Assembly: GCA_973895155.1 (NCBI GenBank)
Contig: OZ316892.1
Coordinates: 13,637,270-13,701,269, forward strand
Direction of reading: 5' to 3'
DNA: 64,000 nt
DNA from: Marsupella aquatica
Lineage: Eukaryota > Plantae > Marchantiophyta
Both the position numbers and the translations under genes were made by a program. The notes under the pieces were generated by a model. It had not been told where the DNA came from. It made no database searches and saw nothing but the letters and a program-made list of their open reading frames with translations. Positions within the stretch are counted from its first letter, which is position 1; each line of letters begins with the position of its first letter. Shown in pieces: positions 27,588-39,600 of the stretch.

Positions 27588-29867
27588 ATGCCTCCTCCGT
27601 CAAGTTTGCAGCCGATTTCCATCATAAATGTGGATTCTGTTTCCTCATTTTCGAAATTGCAGCAATGCGTGCATATCTCTTCTCTTGCTCTTTCACGTCC
27701 CTTTGTTTCCATTGAAATTGTCGCCGGGAAAGCTCGAACGATTGCAAATGTAAGTTCTCAATGCTGGCCTTGTTCCGCCACACCGCCATCATCTTCGTTG
27801 ATGCGAGAAGTGTCTGGTCGCTTCCACCACCGTGGTTACCTTGCTGGTGGAGCTGCTGGACGCGAACCGACTGACCACACCTCTGGGAAGTTTTCTGGTT
27901 CCGGTTCACCATGGAGAACAAGCTGGTTCTATTCCGTCCCCACCTCCGCTTCCCCCGGAGCAGTGAAAGGAGCTGAAAGGGCTTCAGGTATGTGTGATTG
28001 CTTTCACCCCTAAACTCTACTGAGTCTGTTTGTATGGATGCATGGAGTAGTCTTTCAATCGAGTATGATGGGTCTAATTGTCTGGGGATTACGCCTATTG
28101 TTCAGAGACCCGTTTGTGATCGAGGTTTTTGAATTTTGCAGGGTTAGCAGTGGATAGCGGGGCAGTTGGCGCTCCCCTTGCGATTGCCATAAAACAATTG
28201 TCTCTGTCTGTAAAGAGCGATAGAGGGGACGTCCCTGTATTGAAAGATTGCTCGCTGAATGTTCCAGAGGGTCAATTCTGGATGCTCTTGGGACCAAATG
28301 GGTGTGGAAAGTCTACCCTCCTCAAGGCCAGTCTCACCTTTTGTTGGTTATTACCTCTTCTCTTTCCCTCAGCAACGCTTCTCCTTTCGACCAACTTAAC
28401 TTTCAGTATTAAAGTCTGACTTGTTGCAGCAGTGCATTACACCTAAGCTGCAAGTTCACATGAGTATTTGCTAAGTTGATTGACTTTTCTTTTTCAAGTG
28501 AATGATTTGTGAACAGTCAGAAGGTTGACACCGTGGCTGTAGTTCTGTAAACTGAGGTTTGAGACAGTGGGTGTGTGGTAACACCAAATAAGAAAAGAAC
28601 TGGATAAACTTAATGCTTCTAGTGTCCTATTTTTTTGTTGTCTAGGGTATTAACTTTGAAAACATGTTGAAAGGGCATAGTTTTGCCAAGGACAGATTAG
28701 ATGGATGGAGCAACTTTGTTGTCATAGAGTTCATTTTCCCCTCCTGCAGAATGTCTGATAATTGAACTTTGTCTCGCATAACGGTAGTTTAGACATGCTT
28801 CGCATTCGTGAAATATCCAGAAAGCAAGACCTCGTTAGTTTATGCTTTACTCCGTTTTTGCTGAGATGAATGTCCTTGTACATTCACAGGCCATGGCTGG
28901 GCTTTTGAGACCCAACGGGGGACAAATGTACGTCATTGGGCCTAGGAGCTTTGTATTTCAAAATCCCGATCATCAGGTGGGCTCCCAATGTTTGTGAACA
29001 GTTCAAAATTCTGCTTTGTATTGGGATTCATCTTTAGTATTGTGCTGCTGTGTGATCCCTACTCTGTTGCAAAGCCACCTCTCCTACTATCAAACTCTAA
29101 ATGTTTTGTCTGGTGCAATGTCAACAGGTTGTCATGCCAACTGCTGAAGCAGATGTTGCATTTGGCTCAGGACGATTTAATTTACCTCTTGAAGAAGTTC
29201 GCAAGAGAGTATATGAGTCTCTAGACGCTGTTGGAATGGCTGAGTATGCTCAGGTTGATCGAATCTCCATGTCTGACTGTATTGATCCCTTCTTTTGACC
29301 TCTGCTGAATTTCTACGTACCGGTTGAAGCCTGTGTAATATTTTGTGGGTGTTGATTGACATTTGAATGCATCTTCTTGTCCTCTCTATCTAGGTTGCTG
29401 ACGTTAAGTGTGTAGTATTGGCAGAGATCAGTGCAGACTCTTAGTGGTGGCCAAAAGCAGCGCATTGCAATTGCAGGGGCATTGGCGGAGTCCAGCCGTT
29501 TGCTACTGCTGGACGAGCTTACGACTTATCTCGACAGTGGTGATCAGGTTTATAGCTCAAAACCCTAGGTCCACCAGTCTTTTCTCGTTTGCATATTGTG
29601 TCGATCGTGAAATTTAACGGTTCAATTTTGCTGTTAATGAATAATGAGCAGATTGGCGTACTAGAAGCAGTGCGTAAAGTAGTTAAAGGTCCACAGGCAG
29701 TGACTGCACTGTGGGTCACACATCGATTGGAGGAACTAGAATATGCTGATGGGGCAGCCTATATGGAGAATGGAAGAGTGGTACTTAGCGGCAGTGTGGC
29801 CGACATCAAGAAACACATTCAGATGCAGCAGGAGGCATTTTTTAAGGGCCAGGGTGCACTCCGATAG
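27588..29867 (+). CDS. ABCI10: Plastid ABC transporter I family ATPase (ABCI10/NAP13-like, EcfA/CbiO-type), 6 exons: 27588-27987, 28142-28326, 28890-28976, 29128-29253, 29425-29547, 29652-29867
   Basis: Ser-rich transit-peptide-like N-terminus; Walker A GPNGCGKS; Q-loop [14 protein letters not shown]; signature [13 protein letters not shown]; Walker [12 protein letters not shown]; H-loop [10 protein letters not shown]. Confidence 0.92.
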
Positions 29868-30779
29868 TGTTCCGGGCCAGATCATTGTAGAGTCATTTCA
29901 CTCACTAGGAGGATGTGAACCATTCTTTTCCAAACTGGGTATATTGCATTGCCCCACGGAAGGTCTCTTAAATGATACCAATTCATCCTACCAGAGCAGA
30001 AAAGCTGTCAATTTTAAGTCCCAACTCAGACAAATGCCTATCACACTGATTTCTGCTGAGACACCCATACAGCGGAGGGCAGAAATTTTCCTTCACAGGA
30101 GCAAAGTTTCACAGGGATCATACAAGATGCTTCAACCGGACTTGGACTGCTTCAGATGATTCATGCTCTGGCAAAGGTTATTGTAGATTTAGCTCTAGTC
30201 ACTTGTACAGTAGGCACTGCAGTTGGGGGTGCAACACGATCAAGGTACCTTCACACGAGCCCCTTGGTTCTCTTGTAACCTCCAGCAGCCTCCAGAGTTT
30301 CTCCGATTTAGAACAACCACATTATATGTGCATCTAAAGATATCGAAGTAAGCACGAGCTACTCTTCTGTGGAAGTATGGATCCATGAAGTTCAACGTGT
30401 TATGGGGCTAAGATTTGTTCAATATGAGAAATTGTGCAGCATCAAAGATACCAAATATTGCTCAATAAGAATTGAAGACGGTATAAATCCAAGGCTACAT
30501 CTTAAACTGGGGAACTTTTGCTTTTCAATAATGGTCCAAACTAGAGTCCTAGACTGACGTATTAGTAAGACCGAGCCAGACAAAGTGCTACTTAACATAT
30601 ATTCAACTAACTTGCTTCAACCCTAAACTTGTCTAGGTACACAGAAACTTGCCTTGACATCCGACTATGGACATCATATTCCTTCAAACAGACACTAAGT
30701 TCACTCCTGATGGTACTCATTACATGGTAAGGGGTACTTTACACTTCATTCGTCTACCGCTCCTCAGGTTTTTCAAATT

Positions 30780-31800
30780 CACCTATTCCTGCAAAAGTCC
30801 ATGGTTATGAGCTTGGCCAACATCACTTTGTCTCTTCCTTCCTTCTTTCAAGTCACCTGCGATGGAAGCCAATGCAAAATTTTCGGAGTGTAGGGAACAT
30901 GCTTCTGTTTTGTTGGCCACTGCCTTTGTAATTCTGGTGGAATTGGGAGTAGGTGCATTGGGTGCTGGTACAGATTATGGCTTTTCCCGATGCTCCATTT
31001 GGGTAGGTGCCAGACTTTTCGATTCTCCGGCCATAGCAAATTATCCAATTCAACCTGTTCAGAACATCGTTTGGAACATGCATCCGAAGGCTATGCAAAG
31101 GACCTGATTCGTTTTTCATAGTTGGCAACCTTGCAGAGGTCCATTGTAGCTTAGCATCAGAAACATCCTTAAGTTGTGTGGTATTTTTAGGTAGCCTCAG
31201 CGTTTTTGTCCACTCTACCCTGCTTGTTCATGCATATGCAAAAGAAAGTCCCTTCATCGTACCCCAGACTCCCCACGCCCGTCTCTCGTACAGACTATGG
31301 AGAAATTCGTTCAATCCGTCAGTCAACCAGATCCAAAGACGGAGTTGTATCTTGAGTGAATGAAAAAGCTCACCTTTACCTACCAAATACGGAACAGAGA
31401 CAACTCAATGTTGAAGTGTGGGCCGATTCCACGATACAATTGGCTAGCTCCTGCTCGCGACCATGAGCAAATTTTCAAAATCATCAAGGGAGATCTTCAG
31501 ATTGCGATGAACGCCACACCTTGAGAGCAAAATCTAATTCCAGAATAAGCATGGACAATACCAGAGCACCAAGTTCGAACAGCAGAATTATTGTGGGCGA
31601 TGCATTTTGAGGGTTTGGGAGCTCCGAAATGATGTCCTCAATCAATGACGAGGGTCTCGGGAATGAACTCTGTCTATAAATTTCATCGTAGGCGATTAGA
31701 TATTTCGTAGAGATATGGCATTTGAGCAGGCACAAGGAGGAGGGTGCAATGAACGAAAGACGTAAAGATCACAATGAAATCTAGAGAGATTTCGGTTGAT
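30780..31800 (-). pseudogene. Probable decayed alpha/beta-hydrolase (SERAC1-like) gene, possibly hydrolase-NLR type
   Basis: Broken frames give LIAYD...LIEDII...PTIILLFELGALVLSMLIL (cf. PIILVGHSLGGLVxK), then GELFHSLKI...LNEFLHSLYERRAWGVWG, then IPPELQ...KFCIG/LPSQV (GLPL-like). Many stops and frameshifts. Confidence 0.4.
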
Positions 31801-32756
31801 TTCGTTGGGTATGACAGTTCTTTCATTCACAACCATTTGGTCCGGATCAAGTGCTTTGGAGAGTCCTTCAGATCCGCATCGTCTCATCAAGGGAGCTTGT
31901 CACGGATCTGCAACAATGCAGCGTCCCGGCACGTTCGGCGCGTTCCACTCAATCTGCGTCATCAAGCAACTTCGTTCTGTCCTCTTGATCCGTAGCTTCG
32001 ACCGCTCGAGCAGCAGGAATTACAAGATTGCAGCTCCCTGTTTTGACGATGGGAAAATGCAGGGTCTGGCCGTGAGACAGCAGACAGACGTACAACGCCA
32101 TCTTTGTTTCAATTCCTCTGGGCATCAGAATTTTGATTGAGGCAGCGCGAGTGTCAGTGCGCGAGGCAGAGAGAGCGAGACGTCATGCTTCCGAGTCCCG
32201 ACCGTTCCCGCTCCTTTCCTCACGGCGGGCTCGCGTCCCGCGGTCACGGTGGGCCTCATTAATAAATCCACCCTCCTCTTGCCCTCGTGCTTTAATAACC
32301 CGCACTTAAGTACTGTGAGACACGGTGCCTTCGCGGGATGCGCTCACTGCTATTATTTTACGGCTGTTCTTCGGACTTGTAATTAGCCGCAGGGCTTAAC
32401 TCGCCGCGTACCTACTGTCAGTGTCCACCACCTTCACAGACGGGAATGTTTCAGCCAAAGCAGATTCACGCATGACGTTTGACTTGCAGACATGTGAGCC
32501 AGAGGCGTCGTTTTTTCATTTTCATTTTCATTTTCATTTTTTTCACTTTCTGTACACTGCTGATGCGTCGGAAAGTAGTATAGACGATTGTAAGGAAGGA
32601 ACAATCGTCTTCTGTTCTTGGCGGCCGTGTTTCTCGAGCTGGGCTGAGCTGAGCTGAGCTGAGCTGATCGATCAGTCATCAGCGACTACTGTGGGGGAAA
32701 ACCTGGCCGTCGTACTGCTGCAGGAGAAGGCAGACAATCTCAATGTTGGTCCTCGA

Positions 32757-32879
32757 ATGATGATGCGTCGCCCTCCATCGTCAGCTCGGCGACACCAGGC
32801 TCCCACTCGACAGCACTGGCTGCGGACGACATTTCTCCCACAATTTGGGTCACCGAAACTGATGGGGGGGCTGGTTTGA
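32757..32879 (+). promoter_or_regulatory. Upstream ORF (40 aa, starts ATGATGATG) ending 11 nt before the predicted main ATG
   Basis: MMMRRPPSS...MGGLV*, in a different frame from the ATG at 32891. Assumes transcription starts upstream of it. Confidence 0.45.
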
Positions 32880-32890
32880 AGGTTCTGGGA

Positions 32891-35890
32891 ATGCCGATGC
32901 CAATGATACGCATGGCGACAAACGACACGCCTCCGCCGCAGGGGTTCTGGAGTACAGTCCGTGGTATGCTTCCAACCTGTCAGCTTTACCGCCCATGAGC
33001 CCATCCATCAGCTGATCAGCCCCCCGCCCTGGCGATGGTTTGTCATCCACTGCATTTGCATTGTGGTTGGCTTTTTCCTCAAATTTAGAATGTCTGTGTA
33101 CTGTGCGCTGAGTGGCTGAGTGTCTGAGCAATTGTGTGAGACTGTGAGCGTCTCGCCGACAGTCCAGGAAATGGTTGTGAGCATCGGAAGGACTCGTGAT
33201 AACTTTTTATGATGAATGAATGAGGAAACTCAATCGCTTTAAGGCTGAATCTAGATGATAATCTGTCTGGTACTTAAGTACTGAAATGTGGAAAGCGCCC
33301 GAGGACGTAGGAAAAGTGAGAAATCTGAGCAGCAGTCTGGCAATTGTTTTCTGTAAGGTGAATATCTTAAGCCTGACAACGTGATCGGTGGCTTTTGTGG
33401 TCCCCACTGTAGTGTGTGGCGCTAACCCTTGGTATATGTTATCGACGAAGATGTTGTCAGATGTAATCGAAAAGATGGCAAAAGGTGGCAATGCTCTCGG
33501 GAAGTGGTTCCGGGCCAAAAGTACTGTGAACGGCATGTCGGTAGGGGTCGGAACCGGCCCAAGCGTTCGACTGAAGGCTACTCTGCAACCTCTGATGTTC
33601 CTGCCACTCCCTCACTGGGCGCGATTTCTTCTGTCAGCATGGCAGCAGCAGCTCAAGGCGTCCTGTCCGGTGCGGCGTACAATAAACTTCAGCTGCTTTC
33701 GCCTCTGCCGAGCGATCGACCGAATCTGGTATAGACCTACTTCAAATCACGCCTTTTCCCCAACCACGGGAAACTCTTAAGATTTTCACTAGGTTTGCAT
33801 CAGTCGATGATGCTCTGATGTTGGATACACCCTGGCTGTGCATCTTGCTCTCGAAGACTTCCCATAGGAAAAGACAACATTAGTAATGATGTGCACGGCA
33901 GAGCAGAACGCTTCCCAGACTTCGATTTGGGTGAAGATGTTGCCAGACCATGTTACCCTCGAAAGGTATCTGCGGGCTCTTCTTCAGTTTGAGTACCCGA
34001 GCTTGACGATCCAACGGCCAAATTTCTCATGCGCCGGGAGGGGGTGGGGTCTGTCGTAGTTTTGTACCGTGTCTCCGGTTGACAGATGTCTTGAGCTTCG
34101 TAGAAACGTGAATCAATCTGTTGCCTCCTTTTGCCCCTTGCGCATCATCACTTACTGACATTGATGGTATGTTCTGGTTGTGCATTCAGTGGCCATGCGA
34201 TTCAAGTCATGGTCTCGTTCCATCGGCTTCGTCCTCTCAGGTCAGTCGAGAGCTTCCCGTCCGGGCAGCAACTCTGCCAAGCCGCTTTGAGAAAGCAGCC
34301 AGGGTGAAGATCCTCTATGACAGAGTCCGGTACAACTTCCCTTACTTCGATCCCTCTGTTGGGAAGGACAACCCTGTCTTCATGGAGAATGCCGGGGGCA
34401 GCCAATGTCCAGACGTGGTAATCGACGCCATAAGCAACTACATGAAGACCTCGTATGTGCAGCCTGGAGCTGGGTACGACATCTCTACCAGAGCCAACGA
34501 AACTGTGAAAGTTGCACACGATCACATGAAGACTTTTACCAATGCACATGGGTTTGGCGAGGTGGTTTTTGGACCATCCACGTCCCTGTTGATGACGAAT
34601 ATCAGCAACTGCTATAGTTATGTTCTCCAGGAAGGAGATGAGGTGATCATCCACGAGGCAAACCACGAGGCTAATGTGTCCCCTTGGTTGAGAATGGCTG
34701 CAAGATGTGGAGCATCTATCAAATGGTGGAGAATCAACTATGAAACTTTTGAATCGGACATCGACGATTTGGCCCACCTTCTTTCTCCTCGCACTAGAAT
34801 TGTGGCCGTGCCACACGTGTCGAACATTCTCGGAGAAATATTGGATCTAGGAAAGATAGTCAAGGTGGTAAAGTCGAGGATTTATGAATGTCCAGTTCGT
34901 GTGGTCGCTGACGGAGTTGCATATGCGCCTCACCGGGCTGTGGATGTGGCAAAGTGGGGGATTGACTGGTATGTGTTCAGTTCTTATAAAGTATATGGTC
35001 CACACATGGCAGTGCTCTTTGGTACACACGACGCGTTCACGGACATTCAAGATCACAGTCCCAATTGGAGTTTGCTTGCTACCGATGACGTGACTAAAAA
35101 GTTCGAACTGGGTGGTGTTTGCCATGAAGCATGTGCTGGAATAGTTGCTCTGTCTCAGTACTTCGGAGCTTTGGCTAGGATTGGAGAGGCCTACTCGTTG
35201 TGTTCTGAAGGAGGTAGGAATGGGCTCCAACATGCTCCAGGGAATGGTTTGGTTGCTCAAGCAGAGAACGGAGGCTTTACACTGTTCGACTCTACTTGTA
35301 AAGCTGAGGATGCAACAAATATGTCTCCAGTGCCCGAACGGACACTAAAGAGCCTGGGTGGAGTGTCGCTGGATCTCCAGGCTGTGCCCGAAGAATTTTT
35401 GGAAGATATGGCATCCTCATCTTTGAGTGATTGGGAGGATGCATTGCAGGGCACGACATTTGGCCAGGAAGCCATAGGCTTTGGTGAAACAGTATCAATT
35501 CGCCCAGAACGTGTAATAGTTGAGGCTGCATACGACACAATCAAACTACTAGAGCAGCCATTACAAGAAAAGCTTCTTGCCTTTCTGAGGTCCAGAAACG
35601 ACGTCATCATCTTCGGTCCCAAATCGTCTGGGGCAGATTTCAGAGTTCCAACCGTTAGTTTTATTCACAAAACGAGGAATTCCGCAGACATCTCGCGAGC
35701 TTTGCAAACTGCAGGCTTCGCTGTCCGGCACGGAAACATGTACTCTTTTCGTCTCCTCTCAGGTTTGGCATCCCAGAAGAAGCTAACTGTCAACTCTCCC
35801 GATGATGGAGCCGTGAGGATATCTATGGTACACTACAACACTCCCATCGAGGTAGCGCGCCTTACAGCATGCTTACAATCAATTCTATAG
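32891..35890 (+). CDS. WRC zinc-finger / class-V PLP-dependent (cysteine desulfurase-like, VC1184-type) fusion protein, ~696 aa; exons 32891-32963, 33451-33669, 33868-33965, 34190-35890
   Basis: WRC: RCNRKDGKRWQCSREVVPGQKYCERHVGRGRNR (C-x9-C-x10-C-x2-H). Enzyme motifs: FMENAGGSQ, NHEANVSPW, DGVAYAPH, FSSYKVYGPH (PLP Lys at 34988-34990), VRISMVHYNT. GT-AG introns of phase 1, 1, 0 keep one frame (2091 nt). The enzyme domain is certain; the fusion splice is inferred. Confidence 0.8.
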
Positions 35891-36052
35891 AATTTTTACC
35901 TACGTGGAGAGTTTAATTACCAAATAGCCTCAAATGTTCGCCCGTAGATTTGGTGTAATATGGCTAGAACCAAGATATTAGAAGTACCTCTTGCACAACC
36001 TGAAACGTTGGTTCTTTGTGCTAAGGAGTGTAGGCTTTAGGGTTAAAGATAT

Positions 36053-36193
36053 CCCCTCCTGGAGCAGTTCGAAGTAGGAATAACACATACCTTAGAAGTA
36101 CCAAGCAACTCTCAATACTGTGCACAACCCGGAACGTTGGTTCGTTGGTTCTTTTTGCTAGGGAGTTCCTACTTCGTACTGCTCCAGGAGGGG
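36053..36193. repeat. Inverted repeat: 28-bp arms (1 mismatch), 85-nt spacer
   Basis: cccctcctggagcagttcgaagtaggaa (36053-36080) pairs with ttcctacttcgtactgctccaggagggg (36166-36193). Confidence 0.9.
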
Positions 36194-36628
36194 TTATGTT
36201 ACCGAGTAATGTTGGAACATCGAATAAAGCTGTTTCTTCATTGATATCTCCAGAGAATTTTCGCTTACAGACGTCCGTCGGAAAGGTGATCATGCATATT
36301 TGGAGTTCATATGCACTAGCCTTTGAGCACTCAAGAATTGCAATCTCACCGTTTGAGTTTTAGTTCCCAAGAACTACATCTCACCGCTGCAATATAATAG
36401 AAGTAACTCGTAGGCTCACAGTCCAGGACCCAAACTTCGTCTTGGCATCACAAAGGATCAGAACAGCCTCACACTAAAAAATGTCTGGAAATCATTGAGA
36501 CAAATTGAATAGCAATGCATATTACGGGTGCACCGGGAAGACAATCGATGTATACAAGGGCAATACTCACATTGGAGTGGGATTATGATACACTTTCTCA
36601 AGAGCACGAGAAGAAAATGTACAAATTA

Positions 36629-39600
36629 TTACTGTTGCCGTTGCCTCTTTAATCTAGCCATTGCGCCCAATTTCTCCTCAGGGTCTGCCTCTCTCTTTCC
36701 TTCTCTACTTACAGCATCAGCACCCTCTAGCGTTATACTTGCAAGTCCCCCATACACACCCTCGGGCACAGCCTTTTGAGAGATATCCACACCTACGTCC
36801 TCCTCTTCTTCACTCTCTTCCTCCAATTCAATCTCATCAGGGTTCAGTGCTACACTACGTCGAGGACTAGTGTCTTTCTGCCCCTCTACTCCTCCACTAA
36901 TAAATCCTAGAGATCTCATGCCTTCCTTCAGAGGACTTCTTGGTGGGGCAATTTGCCTCTCGAGAGCTGCCATCTCATCTTCCGGAACACCAGCGCGCTT
37001 CAGAGTATCCACAGCTTCCTCAAGAGAGACATTGCCAGATTCTCTTTGCATTAAATATTCCGGTAAAATAAAATGCATCTGCAACACAGTTTACAGGTCA
37101 GTCGGTAACATTACATCATGTGTCATTTCAACCACCAAGACAAGCTAGAAAGCAGAATAAAAACTCTTAACATTTACAGACATAGGTGCTAGATGTAACT
37201 CTACATTGTCCGACCTCAATCATTTAGCGAGTGCCAATTTACCTGACTGTAACTTGCAGATACACTTCGTTTGATGCGCAGCATTTCACGAAAAGTATCC
37301 TCATTGCCGTGCTGCACCTCAAAATTATTCCATTTGCTCCAAAAGTCCGAGTCAGATCGTGGATCCGACATTTGTGCTGCATGTACATATATTGCACGTG
37401 CTCTGTCTATTTCTCCCAGGTTCCGCTCCAGCTCGGCATACTTCAAACACATCACCTTCACATCTTTGTCCGGTAGTCCCGACTGAATCGCAAGCTGAAA
37501 ATTAACGAAAAGGTGTGAGAACTGATCATTTCCTTTGATGAAGAAAGTTGACTACACGCAAGCTCCACTCAGAAGTAAGAACACATGATTACTAGCAAGC
37601 ACCATTTATGCAATGTACTAATCAAGAGTTGAAGCCGGACACGAGAATCAAAAGCCCAGCTGACAACACAAACCTCGTATATTTTCCGGGTTTTAGGAAC
37701 TCCAAAGAATTCTGCAGCTCGAGCAATGTAAATCTCATAGATGCTGATCTTCTCAGAATCTGCAACAGACTTTGTTGCCCTTTCGTATACAACCATGGCA
37801 TGTCGAGCAAGTCCGAAGTCCTCTTCCAATTTCGCATACTGAAGGTACAATGGCTTTGCATCTTCTGGTGGTACCTGTAAAATGCAAGGGTTCCACCACA
37901 TATTGCATTAGTTCATCGTCACCGGAGATCATTTACAACACAACATCCCCATGGACACCATAGAATTAACGCTTCACTGGCTGTAACCTTTAAAGTGGGA
38001 ATTTCCTCCTTTTCTCTGCTTCTTACAAGTCCAAAGTTGCAACCCTGTCCATTCTTTCATGCCCCTGGTCTCTTCAGCTTATACATAGCATGATTCCCCT
38101 CATCAGTCAGACATGCACATGAGCTGAAGCAATGTCACCACAGGGAGAGCAATCTATGTGATGGCTGTGCATCATTTGTGTAGCTTCTCTATACATTCTT
38201 GCGTCAGAGCTTATTTCTCCATATATAACAATACTGTGCATTGCATTAAACAATCAGACGCTCGTGGATTTTCTCTAACATGTTACGTCAACTTACGCCC
38301 CTGGTATAATATTGAAGCTCTTGGCTGGCCAATTTCTACAATTCCCTACAAACGACTGGAACTACTTCCTATAACATAGCACTCCGATTAGGTTAACAAT
38401 AGAAGTGGGCAGAATCCAATCAATTATGCTTTGATTTATTGCAAGGTCATTTCTGTTACACACGTACCTTCTCAACTGCCTGCTCAAATAAGTCACGGGC
38501 ACGCTCCAACTTCTTTGCTCCATATCGGGAAACGAACTTCAGCAAGTATGTCGTCCAGATTTCTCGAACATGGGGATACTTAAAAAGTCGAACCCCCCGT
38601 TCATAAACCTTGAAGGCATCTTCGAAGTACTTGTTACTCTGCACGAGACAATCAGGTTCAAATAAGTGACTGCCTACAGCAGCAGGTTGAATCTGAACAT
38701 GTCTCAATCAATACAATGCTGCCTCTTCAACCTAAAAGTTATTGCCCTACACTCCCAGATCTCCGCACAGAAGTTCGAAATTATCATAAGCGGATTGATT
38801 TATATACTCTGGCTCAAGAATGGTAGGGGGCTCGGAACATTACCTCTAGCATGTACGCATACTGCAAAATAATTTGTGGTGTGGCTATTTTGAGATCTAA
38901 AATGCGCTCGTATAATTTCCGCGTTTCCTCAAGTGTGCCCAGACTCTCTTCCAGATCCACATAAAATGTCCAAAGCTTCAAAGATCTGTACACGCGCATT
39001 TGGACCGGTTCCTCCCCCAGCGTAGCAACTGTATTTCAAAGCAAATAGGACAGTTTGTGGGAGTCAGCTCAGATTTCTTTGACTTCAAATGACTCAAAAG
39101 TCCTGACCATCTCTGCTCCAAACAGGGTGCAGAGAAGGAACCTCTACAGAACAGTTCAAGCAGGATCGCATGCAATGTAGACTCAAGATAATGGAAAGAA
39201 GTGAGAGAGGCAGGAATTTAAAAAACCGCAGATTTCTGGCATCCTTAGAAGCTCTGGATATCATACGAAGTATCTCACCTGTTCTTTTCACCTGGACTGA
39301 TGGTTCTGTGGTTGCTCGCCACATAAGATTGAGCGCACCCTTGAAGTTTTTATGGCGAATGAGCATCTCTGCCCACTCACACCAAACTGTTGCTAAATCA
39401 TCCACTGCTTTGAACCCGACCTGGACAGCTTTGTCAAAAATCTTCCCAGCATTGACGATGTCCTGGTGAGTTTCATAGAGTTTAGCAAAAGCAACCCACA
39501 ATGTATGTGGCTTTCCAACTGCCTTAAAAGGATCCACTGTTCTGACAGCCTCCGTGTAGGTCAAAATTTGGCGAGTAGGATTGCCTTCAAATAGCTTCAC

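Noticed and set aside
34202-35622. Antisense ORFs (204, 137, 121 aa) over the aminotransferase exon
   Set aside because: Shadow ORFs of a real coding exon.
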